A stretch of 64,000 nucleotides of DNA, from NCBI GenBank assembly GCA_001244265.2, contig CDLV01000004.1, positions 2,542,001-2,606,000 on the forward strand, given 5' to 3'. The notes below the pieces were generated by a model. The model made no database searches. It was not told the origin of the DNA and worked only from the letters and a program-made list of their open reading frames with translations. Positions 42,582 to 55,239 of this stretch are shown piece by piece. Position 1 is the first letter of the stretch. Each line of letters begins with the position of its first letter. This DNA is from Microbotryum violaceum. Its lineage: Eukaryota. The position numbers and the translations under genes are program-made.

Positions 42582-45254
42582 GGAGGATGCGGCACTCCCG
42601 GAGGGTTTACACCTCATTACTGATACAAGCTTCTCAGCTCGCACGTTAAGACGTGCAAACTAGAATTCTATTAAGCATAAGTTTATAGAATGTAATTTAA
42701 CAGAATAGTGATTAGTTATTTTACTAGTGGAAACCAATTTCGGTGCCAGAATACATTGTCTAGATATTTAATTGTTACTTCCTCATTCTTTTTAATTTCA
42801 AATCAACTTTCGGCAACCGTTACCTTATCCTCACCCCTTTTTTATATATATATTTTTTATGCCTTTTTGTCTAGACTCTGCAAAAAAATAAAAATAAAAT
42901 AAAAATGGGCGACGAAAAGAAAAAGAGTCGGGCTAAGATAAAACAATCTAAAGTGATGGGAACAAGAGTCGGGCGAGTACAATAATTGTTTACAGGTGGG
43001 GGACAAGTCGCACAACATCTTCCATGCCTCCAAGCTCCGACACTGGGTAAAGAACAATGGGGTGGTGTTCCCAGGACGAGAGGCAACGGAACCAGCGGCC
43101 ATTATTGTCCAAGGAAACGAGGAGTGGGAGGTCGAACGGATTGTGGACGAAAAGGGAAAGAGGTCAAGGAAGAGGTTCTTGGTGAAATGGAAGGGGTGGG
43201 CAGACAGCAACAACACATGGGAGCCGTGCTCACACCTGGAGGACACCGCGGCATTGGAAGAGTGGGAGAGGGGGAAGGCGGGGGAGGACAAGGCAAGGAG
43301 GGAGGAGAGTGTAAGGCCCGTGCGCCTGGGCCTTAGGAGGAGGGGACGCGCACCTGGGCACTCTTAGTCTCTCTCCAGCAACTGATACGAGTGTCCAGGT
43401 GAGCATAAGGTGGATCAGAAGGCATTGTCATACCAGCGACTGATACGAGTGTCCAGTGTCAATTCTATATACTTTGGTCCTGTGATCCTTGTCGTCGCCG
43501 CTCAGGTGTACACTCCAACGGGCGGTATTACAGGGACGTTTTCATCGCCGCTCTTCAATCTGCCACCCGGTACACCCATCATCAAGAGCAGATGGGTCCT
43601 CACAATCAAACGCGACAGCAACGGCCGCATTGATAAATACAAGGCTCGTCTCGTTGCTTGCGGCGATATGCAAAAGGCTGGCCGTGATTACAAGGAAACC
43701 TTCTTGCCCACCGGTCGCGCCGCTTCACATCAGCTCCTGCTCGCTTTGGCTGTCGAGAACGAGTGGGAAACCCGCCAATTCGACGTCTCTTCTGCATACC
43801 TCAATGGGGAGATGGGCAATGTTGTCGTTCACATGGAGCTCCCGGACACGTCGGTTGTCCGCTTGCACAAAACCCTCTATGGCCTGTGTCAAGCAGGTCA
43901 GGAGTGGTACAAGGTCTTCGCGGGCTGGATCGAGTCAATCGGTTTTGTCCGCACCAAAAGCAATCACGCTGTATTTGTCAAGTCCGAAGGGGCGCGCAAA
44001 CTGTTCCTGTCCATCCACGTCAACGACGGCCTGCTTACCGGTGATCGCGACCTCGATGGCTTCATCCAACAACTCAAATCTCGTTTCGAGGCGAAAAGCT
44101 CCGACGAGGCGACCTTCTTCCTCGGTCAACACATTCTCCGGGATGGCAAGACGGGTGCAGCGATCGTTCACCAGCCCCACTTCATCTCATCAATCCTGGA
44201 AGACCACGACATGGCGGGATGCAGTTTGAGGTCGACACCGATCTCGCTCTACAAGTCATACCCGCGTAAGGACGTCACTTTCGACGCTTCGACAAAGCCG
44301 TACCGCACGATCGTTGGCAAACTCCTCTTCCTCAGCGGCACCACGCGGCCTGACATTGCCTTTGCGGTATCAAAGGTTGCATCACATTGCAAAATCTTTT
44401 CGCAACAGGATTGGGAGGCTTTGTTGCACATCCTCCAATACCTCAAGGGAACCCGAGACATCGGACTTCTGTTCCGCAAGGCGGAGGGTGCTCCTCTCCT
44501 CAAGGGCTTTGTTGGCGCCGATCACAGAGCGGACCTGGAGACTCGTCGAAGTGTCACAGGTTTTGTGTTCCTTTGCGCGTGTGGCGCGGTCTCGTGGATG
44601 TCCAAGCGACAGGCGCTCGTCACCGTATCCAGCACCGAGGCCGAGTACGTTGCTATGTTGTTAGCTGCGCGCGAGGGCATCTGGCTTCGTCGCCTCCTTG
44701 CCGAGCTCGGCTTTGCCCAGAGCGAACCGACAAAGCTTCATGGCGACAACCAGTCGGCAATCCAGCTTGCCAAACACCCGGCCTTCCATGCTCGTACTAA
44801 GCACATCAGCATCCACTTTCACTTCATCCAAGACCACATTGCTGAGGGTACGATCAAGATGGTCTGGATTCCCATGAACACGATGGCGTCGGATGTCTTG
44901 ACCAAAGGGCTCGGGTCGCGGAAGCACTGGGATTTTGTACACGCGAAGGGTTTGGTAGATGCATTGCGTGAAGGGGCGAGTTGGAAGGAGCGACGAGCGG
45001 TCGAGGAGGTCTGTGCGGCGTACACGCGAGTGCAAGAGGGCCTGAATAGAATTTGATAGGCCTGATCCCGCGCATGACAAACTGGGTCTTTTCCTCACGT
45101 TTGGCTCTGCATTGGATCAGTCCATTGTTCAACTGAAACATTGACGGGGCTGCATCAGCGCCTCTCATTTCATCACTGAACTACTTTTTGTTCTCTGGGG
45201 GCCCGATGATGGGCTCAGACCATCGTCAAGACCCGCGTCGAGTGTGGAGCAACA

Positions 45255-46335
45255 CCAACCCAGTGATGTTGAGATTCTGAAGATACTCGATCGAGAACAG
45301 TGATTCGTCTTCGTTTTCGACCGAATCCGCGCTGTAGAACGTTTGAGCGTCACCCGGCAGCAGGTCGAGCCCCAGGTCGTTGATGTGATTCACCTGCGAA
45401 TTTTTGGGCGCCAGTTTTGCTCGCTCTGGGAAGTATTCGACTTTTTCGCCTATCGACATATTGTCCAGTCCGAGCGCGGGGACGGGATAAACGTGTCTGA
45501 TCAACCCGGATGTTCCTTGTGGTTGCCTGCAGGAGACGGTCACGTGGGAGCGCAATAGAGTCTTCTGATTTGTTTGCCGAGCCATCTCCAACTCCTAAGA
45601 ACCAATCTGCAGAGCCCTGCGCCTTTGCATGTTCCGTTTCGGTCATGCGGTCTGCAGGGGCCAGAAGAGGCATGTTTGCCTGCGCTCGCACCGTGCCGTT
45701 GTTAGTATAGGGTCTAAAGGTCAGGCAAAGACTACTACTTACAGACAGATCCCAGCAGAAGTCAGCATGTATGATGCAAGCATCGACGATTTGTGCAGGC
45801 GATGACTTGGGAAGAACGGGAAGGCATTGCTTCGGATCCCCTGTGATGTTATGCTCGAGCCGGTCAGTTAGTCATGTTGCCCTGCGCTTTGCTTTTGAAA
45901 AATACCTGTCAACACGACGGTCACTCCACCAAACCAAGCCATTGACGATTGCACATGTTGCAACATCCTGTCCACCAGCTGTAAACATCGACGGTGCTGC
46001 ATCGGTGCCTCGTCCCAAAGCTTGGCGAGCTGTTCTTGTTTCGGAACATTGTACGTAGAGTCGTCGAAGACGTCGATCGGGATTTTAAACCGTGAATGTG
46101 CCGTGCTGCCTTTTGGCAGTAGCAGTGCAGCAATACCCAATGATGCAACGGCAAGAGCGTATGTTCCCTCTGACCGAATCCGAGCAAGGACCGTTTCTTC
46201 CAAGAACGTTTTGCCTGTCCCTCCCGGAGCATCAACGAAATCGACTATTCGTGAGAATAACGGGAAGGCATTGCTTCAGGTCCCCTGTGATGTTACAGTC
46301 GAACCAGTCAGTTAGTCATGCTGCCCTGCGCTTTG
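45255..46335 (-). pseudogene. Helitron PIF1-like helicase remnant
   Basis: DAPGGTGKTF, AVASLGIAALLLPKGSTAHSRFKIPI, WDEAPM and [25 protein letters not shown]. Confidence 0.85.
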
Positions 46336-49300
46336 CTGATTGCAAACAGTTGACAATCTCGGACAAGGTCCAAGGCGAGGCCATTCTGTCTACTTTTCTG
46401 CGGTTTCTGTTTGCGATCAAAGCGAGGACGTCAGGGGTAATGTTTGTTTCTACCCACTCGAGTGCGTCGTCGCTGAGAAGGCTCGTGACGTGAGCGGTTC
46501 CCGCGCACGAGTCAGGATGAATGCCGCGAAACACGAGGTAGACCTGCACACCAGTGTACCATTTGCGCAGGGTGTCAGGGCGGCCGTCGCGACCCGAGTA
46601 CTTCTTGGGCTCCGGGACCTTAGGGGCTAACTTGCGGTAGTTGCGGTAGTCGCGGCCTCGGTCAGAGTCGGAGTCCGAGTCGTCGCTCACGTCGTCGCGC
46701 GAACGGTATTTTCGCGGTCACATGAGGGCTGGACAACTTGTGGCGTCGTTGCAGTGGGAAGGCGGGAACACGTCCCAAAAGGGGTCGTTCCTCCCGCACC
46801 TCCAGTCATGGATATGCCGTGTCGAGGCGACGCTTGGGCGACCATGTTTGGCGTCGCCGCTAGCATTCCCGCGGCGCGACGGGTCACGCTGTCAGTAAGT
46901 GCTGGCATAGGTGGCAGCGTAACTGGCAGCTGTACTGCAGGGGGCGGGACCTGTAGGTATCGGCCGTCTGGCTCGCTGGGTTTTTTCTCCGCCAGACGGC
47001 GACGCGCTTGGCTACGGCGAATGTTTGCACCTTCATCATTGGCATAGAGGTGTTTCGGAGGCGTGACCAAGTCATCATCTTCAGCGGGTTCTTCAATTGC
47101 AGCTGAATGGGCAGGATTACGGGTATCTACGGGATTGGCAGATCCGATGTTCGTTCCTGCGTTTGGGCCAACAGCGGTCTGTAGGTCCTGGGAGTGAGCA
47201 GTGATCTGGTCACTTTGGGCATGAGGTTCATCTGCTCCGAGTGAGGGATGAGCAATTTCGATAGAGCCGCTAATCGATTTGTGGCGCTGGCGATCGGCTC
47301 GAGATGGCGAGTCAAGACCGCTGTGTCGGTTCCCGATGGAATTGACCAAGTTTGAGCGGTGGTTGCTCGTGTCGCGCGCGGTGGTGCGCGAAAGACGCTG
47401 CGAAGTATGGGCCGCCGTTTGGGCAACAAATGGATTTGTGCGCCCGGGGCTACTTGCGCGTTACAATTTGTTTGCACGCGCGCCGAAAATCGTACAATTG
47501 CGCGCCAAAGGGCCTTCATACGCACGTCATTCACTCTTGGACGCACTTTTGGTCTCTAATGCGCTCTGGAACCTGCGGAGTTGCGCGCTTTCCAGGAAAA
47601 ACATCTGTTTCTGGCCCCTATTGGCAGTCCACGCGCGTTTCGCTCACTGTTAAACTCGCTCGCCCCGCCGTATCCGCGCACGGACGGGGCATTACACGCG
47701 CTACAGCGCGCTCATGCTCATGCGCGCGCAACCTACTCAATCTACGCGCTTTTTGGTATTTTTCCAAAAATAAAAAATAAATCCGAAAAATGATTTTGAT
47801 TTTTTCATTTTTCATAGCTAAATTCCGAACCCCGCACTCCCCGCTCTTTACGATATGCGCGCCTCGGAAGCTGCTTACGCGCACTCGCAAACAGTTCTCA
47901 TGCTCGCAGAATCGCAGATACGCGCGACCGGAAACGCTCTCACACGCTCGCGACGCTCTGATTCACTCGCGGCTTTTTCTACTTGCGCGACAACCAACCC
48001 CGAGGAGGATTGCCTTTTCACTCCGCGGTGTGTATCTCATTTTCATGGCAGAGGCGTTGAAGCGTTCGAAGCTTAGGGCTGGGCACTCCGGCTCCAAAGT
48101 TGAGTTCCAGAGATCCAGAGAGCTAAGGGCTCGTTCCAGATAAATATTTGTCGGGGTGGGCCGACAAATCCTGCGCCGGTGCTCCCGGCCAAGAGTCTTG
48201 TTATGCAGCAGCAGAATCGTATACCGAGCATCGGCACTGGAAGAATCACTGCATCTGCTCCAGCCTGCATTAGGAGGGCTCAAAGAGCTCCCAGCTTGCA
48301 ATGTACCTGCACCCTTGGCGGCCAACTCCCTCTCCCAAGTCGGAATGATGCCATCCAACTTTCTCATGATGACAATTGAAAGCTTTTGACTCTTGAGTGA
48401 AACAGAGTTGTTATGACAGCGGGGACTGACTGGACAAGGTTGACGTGGGGGCGGTGTGCGTGTGGAAGAAGGCGGCCGCACAAGTCCGCGCGAGTGTCGT
48501 GCGTGAGCTGGAGTGTGTTGCGCATGAACGAGGCTAGACAAGTCGCGGGCGCGCAAAAGCGTTTGGCGGGGCGCGCGGAGGCCCCGGGCGCGCAAATCCA
48601 TTTGTTGCCCAAACGGCGGCCCATAGCAAAGCGTCTCCTTCCGCGGCGAGGTGTTCCTTCGAGTGCGGCACAGACATACTGGATGTGTGAGCAGTGAGAA
48701 CAAAAAAATTCCGAGGTTGATCAGACCTGGGACAACAAGGGTTATGACGAGGGGTTCGAGGGGGGTTCGAGGGGTTTTTTGGGCCTAAGAAGACGCAATC
48801 CGAAAGCCAGCAAAGGGGTAGCTAATCCCTTGCAAGTACTTCCGGTACTTAAGTAGATATCCGAACGGGACACTGCGTACGATGCAGCTGTCTAGGCCAG
48901 ACAAGCACAAAGGCAACTCGACGGTGGACCGTGCAACAACAAGAGTTGAAGATGTCAAAAAAAATAAAAATGTGAGGGCCAGACACAATTCGAAATTGCG
49001 AAGCGGCGATCACAGGGCAAAGTCGAGCTTGACGGACACGCATGAACAACCACAACAACAACGACACCAGCAATGCCACCCCCGGTGCTATAGCACCTAA
49101 TCGCCCTCCCGACCCCACCGGCGTCACCGTCACCGCCCAAACCAAGTCGTACTCCGCGGCCGTCTCCGCCCGTTCCCATGCGAAGACCAACGCCACCCCC
49201 GCCACCGCCACGACTGTTGCCTCCCACCCGATGATTCACAACATCGCCAACTGTGTAATCATCAAAACCCCTCCCGCGACCACCTCCGAGAAAGTGCTCT

Positions 49301-52300
49301 CAGCACTCGATCACCACTACCCGGCCCTTGCAGGCGCCATGCCCTGCGTCATCAAGGGACAACACGGCATCCGATTCCCTAAGGACGCCGACATCGCCGA
49401 CCTGGTCGCGAATGGTCTGACCGTTGGAAAGACCTTGTGCCAAGTCGAGAAACTATTCTCAGCCACTACTGGTCTAATTCAATGCACCCTTTCTGGCTTC
49501 TTCTCCGATGTAGAGGGCCTCCGCCTCTTTGATGAGCAGATTGCCGAGTACGGCAAGGTCCTCCTTCGCCGCACTCATTACATTGGCAAGACTAGGCACA
49601 TCTCTGGGGTGTATGACTTTGTTCTTGCCCTCGGGGACCCAAACAAATTGCCTCCTGCATCCATCTCCATTGAACGCGACGGCGTGACCGAGCGTATCCC
49701 GCTCAGGATCACCGGTGGCATGCGCCACTGTGTTTTCTGCCGTTCCGCGGCCCATGTCCGTAAGGACTGCCCCGTCGCCCCGGCGTGCAAGTCGTGCGCA
49801 AGCACCTCGCACGCCAGCCAGCATTGCCCGGGCCGCCGCTTCGCGTCGAGACCCCAGGGCACTCCCGAGTCACGTGCCGCGCAAGCCTCCACCATGACCA
49901 AAGCCCCCCGGCCTCCAAGTCGATCCCTGCGCCACCCGCGCCCGACCGCTCGTTGAAGACCAAAAAACGTCGAGTGAACCCAGACCAGGACCTGGCTGCC
50001 CAGCCCCAAGATCCATCTAACAGGGCTCAGCCTGAACCCCTGTCGGAGACTCCTCGCCCCGGTTTCTCCTTCAATTTCCCTCCCAACTCCGCCCCCCTGC
50101 CCGCCTCCAACCAGTCAACTGCCCCTCCCCTCGTTGAAAAATCCTCCGAGTCCCCCAGCTCGGAGACGACCCCTTCGCCCCCAAGCCCTGCTCCGGCCAC
50201 ACCAACGCCAAAGACGATCATCACTCGTTCCCAGTCAATTGCTGCCCTCTCCACACCAGCCACTCGTGAAGACCCGCCCACTCCGCCTGCCCCCGAAGCC
50301 TCCGAGCCGAACCCCCGGCCCTCCTCGCCGTTGCCCTCAGCGATCAAAGCCCGACCCGATGCCACCGACGCCGACGAAGATGCCGAAGAAGAAGGCAAAG
50401 ACCAAGAAGCACCCCCGAGGACGTGGACGACGTTATGGAGCAAGACGATGAGCACAATTAAGATCCCAAACGTGTCTTTTGTTGCTGCCAACGTGCAGTC
50501 AATCAATGAAGATCGTAAGCGTGCCTCTCTTTTCTCCAATCTCCGCTCCCATAACGCCGATGTCTTTCTCCTGAGCGAAACGGGCCGACCTTCCCCGGAA
50601 AGGGTTGCCCAGTGGACTCAGGAGTGCCAAGACTTAAAGCTCTCCGCTCTTTTCACTCCTCTCAACAACACCGCTATACTCTGGAAGAGCGACTCCGTGG
50701 TCATCACTATTGATCCCGAGTCACCTCCCAACACTCTTCGTGCCTCTTTCGCTTTCCCCGACCGAGTCACCGACGCCACCTTTCGCGTGGGAGACTCAAA
50801 AATCCGGGTTGTATCAATATACGCGCCTTCCTCCGACAAGCCAGACAAAAAGCGTTTCCTCTCACATCTCAGCACAGCCCTCCGACAAGTCGTGCGCGAC
50901 GAGCCCTCGCCGCCTGCGCTCTTAGTCGGGGGGGACTGGAATTGTGTTGAGTCCCAACCCCTCGATTCGGAGAACCAAAACGGGACGAATTATGGGGGCC
51001 AGGAGATGCGCGACCTTGCCACGGCCAACAACCTCTTTGATGTCTATCGGCTTCACCATCCCAAAGGACGAGCCACGACGAATCGCTCAGCGCCCGGCAC
51101 GTGCCGTCGCCTTGACCGCATCTATGTCTCGCCTGATTGGGTCGACCTCTTCCACGACCACAAAATCTGGGCTCCTGTCCTCAAATCGACGCACTCGATG
51201 GTGGCGGCGCGGTTCCAAGTGCCGGGCGCAATCGACATCGGTCCGGGTAAATTCAAGTTGGGTTTGCACGTGATCGAGGGCGACGCGACCTGCGAATACC
51301 TCACTTCCACTGTCCAGGCCCTCTACAATGAAGCCCTCCTCCAGACGCCCGACGACCCATCAGCAGCTTGGACGTCCACCAAACAACACTTGCTGCCCGA
51401 GCTTCAGGCTCTGGCTCGCACACTTGCCCGCTTCCGACGTGGAGGATCGGAGGAGGCGAAGGCAGATCACTCGCGCTACGGCGCGGCGCTGCGGTCCCGC
51501 ATTGATCCTTCCCTCGCGGGCCCATCTTCCATCTTCATCCGCCTACGCAAAGTGCGCGCATCCGACCTCATCCCTTCCCTCTCGGTCGACAATGTCGTCC
51601 ACTCCGACCCCGACTCGATGCTTGGAGCCGCTAGCAAGTACTTCGAAGGGGTCTACGAGGATCGCGCTATCGATGACGCCGCCTTGGAGAAGATTATCGA
51701 CGGTCTCGCCTCGACTCGCCTATCCCCTGCCGATTCGGACAAGCTCGAAGGAGCGTACCCCCTAGAGGAGATAACAAAGGCACAAGAGGCGTGTAAGTCG
51801 AACTCCTCGCCTGGACCCGACGGTCTCCCGGTCGAGTTTTACCGCGCAACGTGGACAGCCACAGGCCCCATCCTCCGCGACGTCATCAACTCGATCCCCA
51901 CCGACGACGCCAGTTCTCGAACGTCGGCCCGCCACACTGCCCACATCCACCTCATCCACAAGCGCGGCGAGAGGGATCGGCTGGTGAACAAACGCCCCAT
52001 ATCACTCATCAACGCTGATGAACGCATCATCTCCCAAGCCCACAACCAGCGCCTTGCCCCTCTGCTCGAGACCCTGATCGGCTCGACCCAGCGCGGTTTC
52101 GTTCCGAACCGCTGGATTGGCACGAACATCGCCGAGGTGCAGTGTCTCATGGATCCTGGGCTCCCGGGTTCAGAGCCGGTGTCCGGTCTGCTCGCAGTGA
52201 TGGACTTCGAGAAGGCTTACGACCGTCTTTCCCACACCTACATCGATGCAGTCCTCAGCGCCGTTGGCCTTGGCCCGAAAGCCTGCCAATGGTACCGAGC

Positions 52301-54423
52301 GACCTATACAAACCAATCCGCCTCAATCTACCTCAACGGATGGCTCTCGGCCGCGTTCGATATCCTCTCGGGAGTTCGACAAGGCGACCCGCTGGCTCCG
52401 TCGCTCTTCGTTCTCGCAATTGAGGGCTTCGCCGTACAGTTGCGGTCACAAGTCAAGGGCATCGCGAGCCCGGGACTCCCAACCATACGAGAACTTCTCT
52501 TTGCCGACGATGCCTGCTGTGCTCTCCACGACACCTCGGACCTCGACCACCTCAATCGGGCGATCGAGCTGTACGAGCGGGCAAGTGCCAGCAAGCTCAG
52601 CAACGCCAAATCTTTCCTCTACCCCCTCGGGTCATTCAGGGACCGTCCGATCCCTTCACACCTCGGGTCCTGGCGTCTCAGCGACTCGCAGTTTCGTTAC
52701 CTGGGAGTGCAGGTTGGGGTGGACATCGCCGAGGATGCGGGCTGGGAGGAGGTCAAGTCCGCGACCGTCGCCCGGATACGATCCATCCCAATGTACGACC
52801 TTCCGTACGCAGCGAAATGTTCGATAATCAATATCTACTGCTACACGAAGATTCTCTACCATAATCGTTTCATCCCAGCTTCCAAGAGCGTCGTCAAGGA
52901 GATCGAGGACGCGGTCATGATCGCTATCCACGGTCGAGCCTCGGACGGATCTCAGAAACCCCCGAAGGTTTCTCGGCTGCGCCTCTGCACCCCTCTCGAC
53001 CACGGCGGCTTTGGCTTGATTGACTTACCTCGGCGCCTCGCGGTCGATCACGCCAAGTGGGTCTTTCATCTTCGGGACCCGGACGGCTGCTTCATTCGGC
53101 ACCTCTTCGACATCCGCACTCGCCTTCAGGCGGCGAACGAACGCACCCCCTTTACCTTGCCCAAATCAGGCCCCAACCCACATCGTCGCTCGTGGGTCTG
53201 GATCTGGTGGGCCTACTTTTGCCACCCTCCTCCACAGTGGGAACGCGCAGTGAGGAAGACGAAGGCCCTGCTCCCTCCACGATGGATCCGCTATTTCGAA
53301 GCCTGGGATTTGGTGACAACGCTGAACCCCCCGAACTTTCCAAGAGCCCGAATCTGGAGCGGTGGGCAACACACGTCCTCTACTTCCCAGCAGGCCACGG
53401 AATCCGACTCTCGGTGAACCCGACGCTTTTCCGAGGACCGATGGCGAGGTGATGACTCCGTCTTCGTTTGTGAACGCGTCCAAACGCCACCAAGCCTTCC
53501 TCTACCCTCCTATCCTCCCTCTCGGTCATCAGAGGGTTTTCTGTCTCCCGAGCAACGCTGGAATGCCTGGTGGAAGGCGCTACGCAAGATTCGCAGGGTT
53601 CATTCGGACGCCGAAGACACGGCCCACCTCCTCTCCCTAGGTTCACTTCATCCAGGTAGCCAAATCGCTTCTCCAAATAGCCGTTCTCTCCACAATCGAT
53701 CTACCGCATGTGTCATGTGCCTGTCGGAGGCTCCGGAGACCCTGGCACACCTTGCGGTCGGTTGCCCGTTTGCCCGCCGCCTCTGGTCTGCGCTCACTCC
53801 TATCCCACACCCCGACTTTGTTCAGTTCGTGTGCCCGGTCGTTTCTCGCTCGGAACGCCGACCCGTCGAGCTGCGTCTACTCTTCTTCCACGCGATCTGG
53901 AAGCTCTCTCGTCGCCGTCGATTTTCGTCGGATCCTCTGGAGCCGATCGCCGAAACGGCATTTGAGGAGCTCCGCGCGTCCATCCAGGAGTCCAAGGGAC
54001 GACTGGTTTCGCTGTAACCGCCTAAGGGGGTTTTAGTGGGTATGGTTGATTTTGTTCCAAGGTCAACGAGTCCCACACTACTGGCCTCGCCAGTGTGCTT
54101 AACTGCATTCCCTCCGTCTTTTCCGAGGATTTTTAGGCATTAATATAGATATGCTGTTAATGAAATCTATTAGATAAAAAAACGAGCGATGAAGAAAAGA
54201 CGGTGAAACACTTGAATTGTGTTGCAGGGGATAATGCAACTACGGTCAATAGATAATGTGTGTACAAGATGGATCAGTAACTAGGCGAGGGGTTGAGTTC
54301 AGTTAACAATGAGTATGAGACTAAGAAACAATTTGTAAGCTATCCGGGCGTAAGGCCATCGTGCGCACAGATTTGAACTTGGAAGGCTTGATGTTGAGGT
54401 CGGAACGAGACAGCGGCCTTACA
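46336..54423 (-). mobile_element. 5' part of a Gypsy element (LTR interrupted by the LINE, leader, gag fragment)
   Basis: Gag-like KVPEPKKYSGRDG..LRKW..SLLSDDALEW at 46336-46690. The minus-strand LTR starts TGTAAGGCC at 54423, like the LTR start at 43310. Confidence 0.65.
48752..54182 (+). mobile_element. Full-length L1/Tx1-like non-LTR retrotransposon
   Basis: ORF1 from 49042 with two CCHC knuckles. ORF2 from 50448 with APE (GGDWNCV, RLDRIYV), RT (PGPDGLP, DFEKAYD, RQGDPLAP, LFADD) and C-terminal CVMC..ETLAHLAVGC to 54017. A7 tail. Candidate TSD ACGAG. Confidence 0.93.
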
Positions 54424-55239
54424 GGCGGATTCTCAACCGTACAAAGTCAATCCTTCCGCTGTTTCACTGACGTCCAATGTCTGTTTTTTGTATCAGTCTT
54501 TCCATCATATCTAAGACTGCATAGTCATGTCAAGGGATAACTCACACACGCAGTGTCACCAGCTGACTGTGAAGAAACAACTCAAGAGTTGACGTTCAGA
54601 GGACGTGTTGAAGGGAATTTCTGCCTGGCAGTTTTCCATTAGCTTCTGAACAATCCCACACCAAGAGCACAGTTCATGAAGCTACTTACTCGAATTCGTA
54701 GCTATGCTGCATGCGGCAGCCATTTCTTGATCCCGTACTTGTTGCAGAGCTTCCACAACGACCACTTCGGATGTTGCGAGCTCAAGGTGGCAATGGGATG
54801 AGGTGCGATGGGCAAGGTGTGAAGAGCAGGAGGGAGAAAGATGGAGATGCCTGCGCCTCACTTTAAACCGGACTCATAGAATGTTGCGGAAGGCCGCGGA
54901 ACGTTGTGGAACGTTGTGGAGTGAAGCCCGAAGCAGAGGGTCATGTGCCAGGCTGCTTTGATGGGAAATGGAGCCTCGGTGAACATGGATGAAACGGTCT
55001 GTCGCCACATGGTTTGTCTCCCATTCTCTGATGTTCTTTGATGTTGACGTGGTAAACACGCAAAACAATCTGCATCGGGACACAGAGAGTCACGTGCTAT
55101 TCAATGGAACCTCGGCAAACATAGGCAAAACGGTCTGAAACAGCGCTAGCTAGCTGGGACGCCGGACCGAGAGCTGCCTATGACGTCACGCGACGTGGTT
55201 TGTCTTTGTCTCAGGACGTTTTTACCCTAACTAGTAACT

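Larger units (their letters stand above)
39846..42992. other. NUMT: mosaic insertion of mitochondrial DNA
   Basis: Abrupt AT-rich block with cox1, rnl, trnE and nad1 pieces (TGA=Trp). The flanks rejoin as Gypsy [16 protein letters not shown]. Confidence 0.92.
37917..43532 (+). mobile_element. 5'-deleted chromoviral Ty3/Gypsy (RT end, RNase H, integrase, chromodomain, 3' LTR 43310-43532)
   Basis: [81 protein letters not shown] followed by TGTAA...TTACA. Confidence 0.9.
34637..45134 (+). mobile_element. Full-span degenerate Ty1/Copia with 156-bp LTRs (34637-34792, 44979-45134) and TSD GAAAC
   Basis: PBS tggtagcg at 34793 and PPT gaaggggcg before 44979. Gag CCHC (CFLCYKDGHLATAC), PR FLLDSGAT, IN (WH..LGH, MDLWGP, GGEF), RT/RNase H at 43533-44970. 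GAAAC at 34632-34636 and 45135-45139. Confidence 0.92.
34345..45254. mobile_element. LTR-like repeat (34345-34636 plus 45135-45254) split by the Copia insertion
   Basis: TGTTG...CAACA ends, and both halves share an internal repeat (catttcatca.tgaactactttt...ctcagacc). No TSD found. Confidence 0.5.

Noticed and set aside
43410-43532. N-terminal extension of the Copia RT ORF
   Set aside because: It is the Gypsy 3' LTR, open in frame by chance.
49785-53417. 1210-aa ORF1-ORF2 fusion
   Set aside because: Better explained by single-base losses in C-runs. ORF2 likely starts at 50448.
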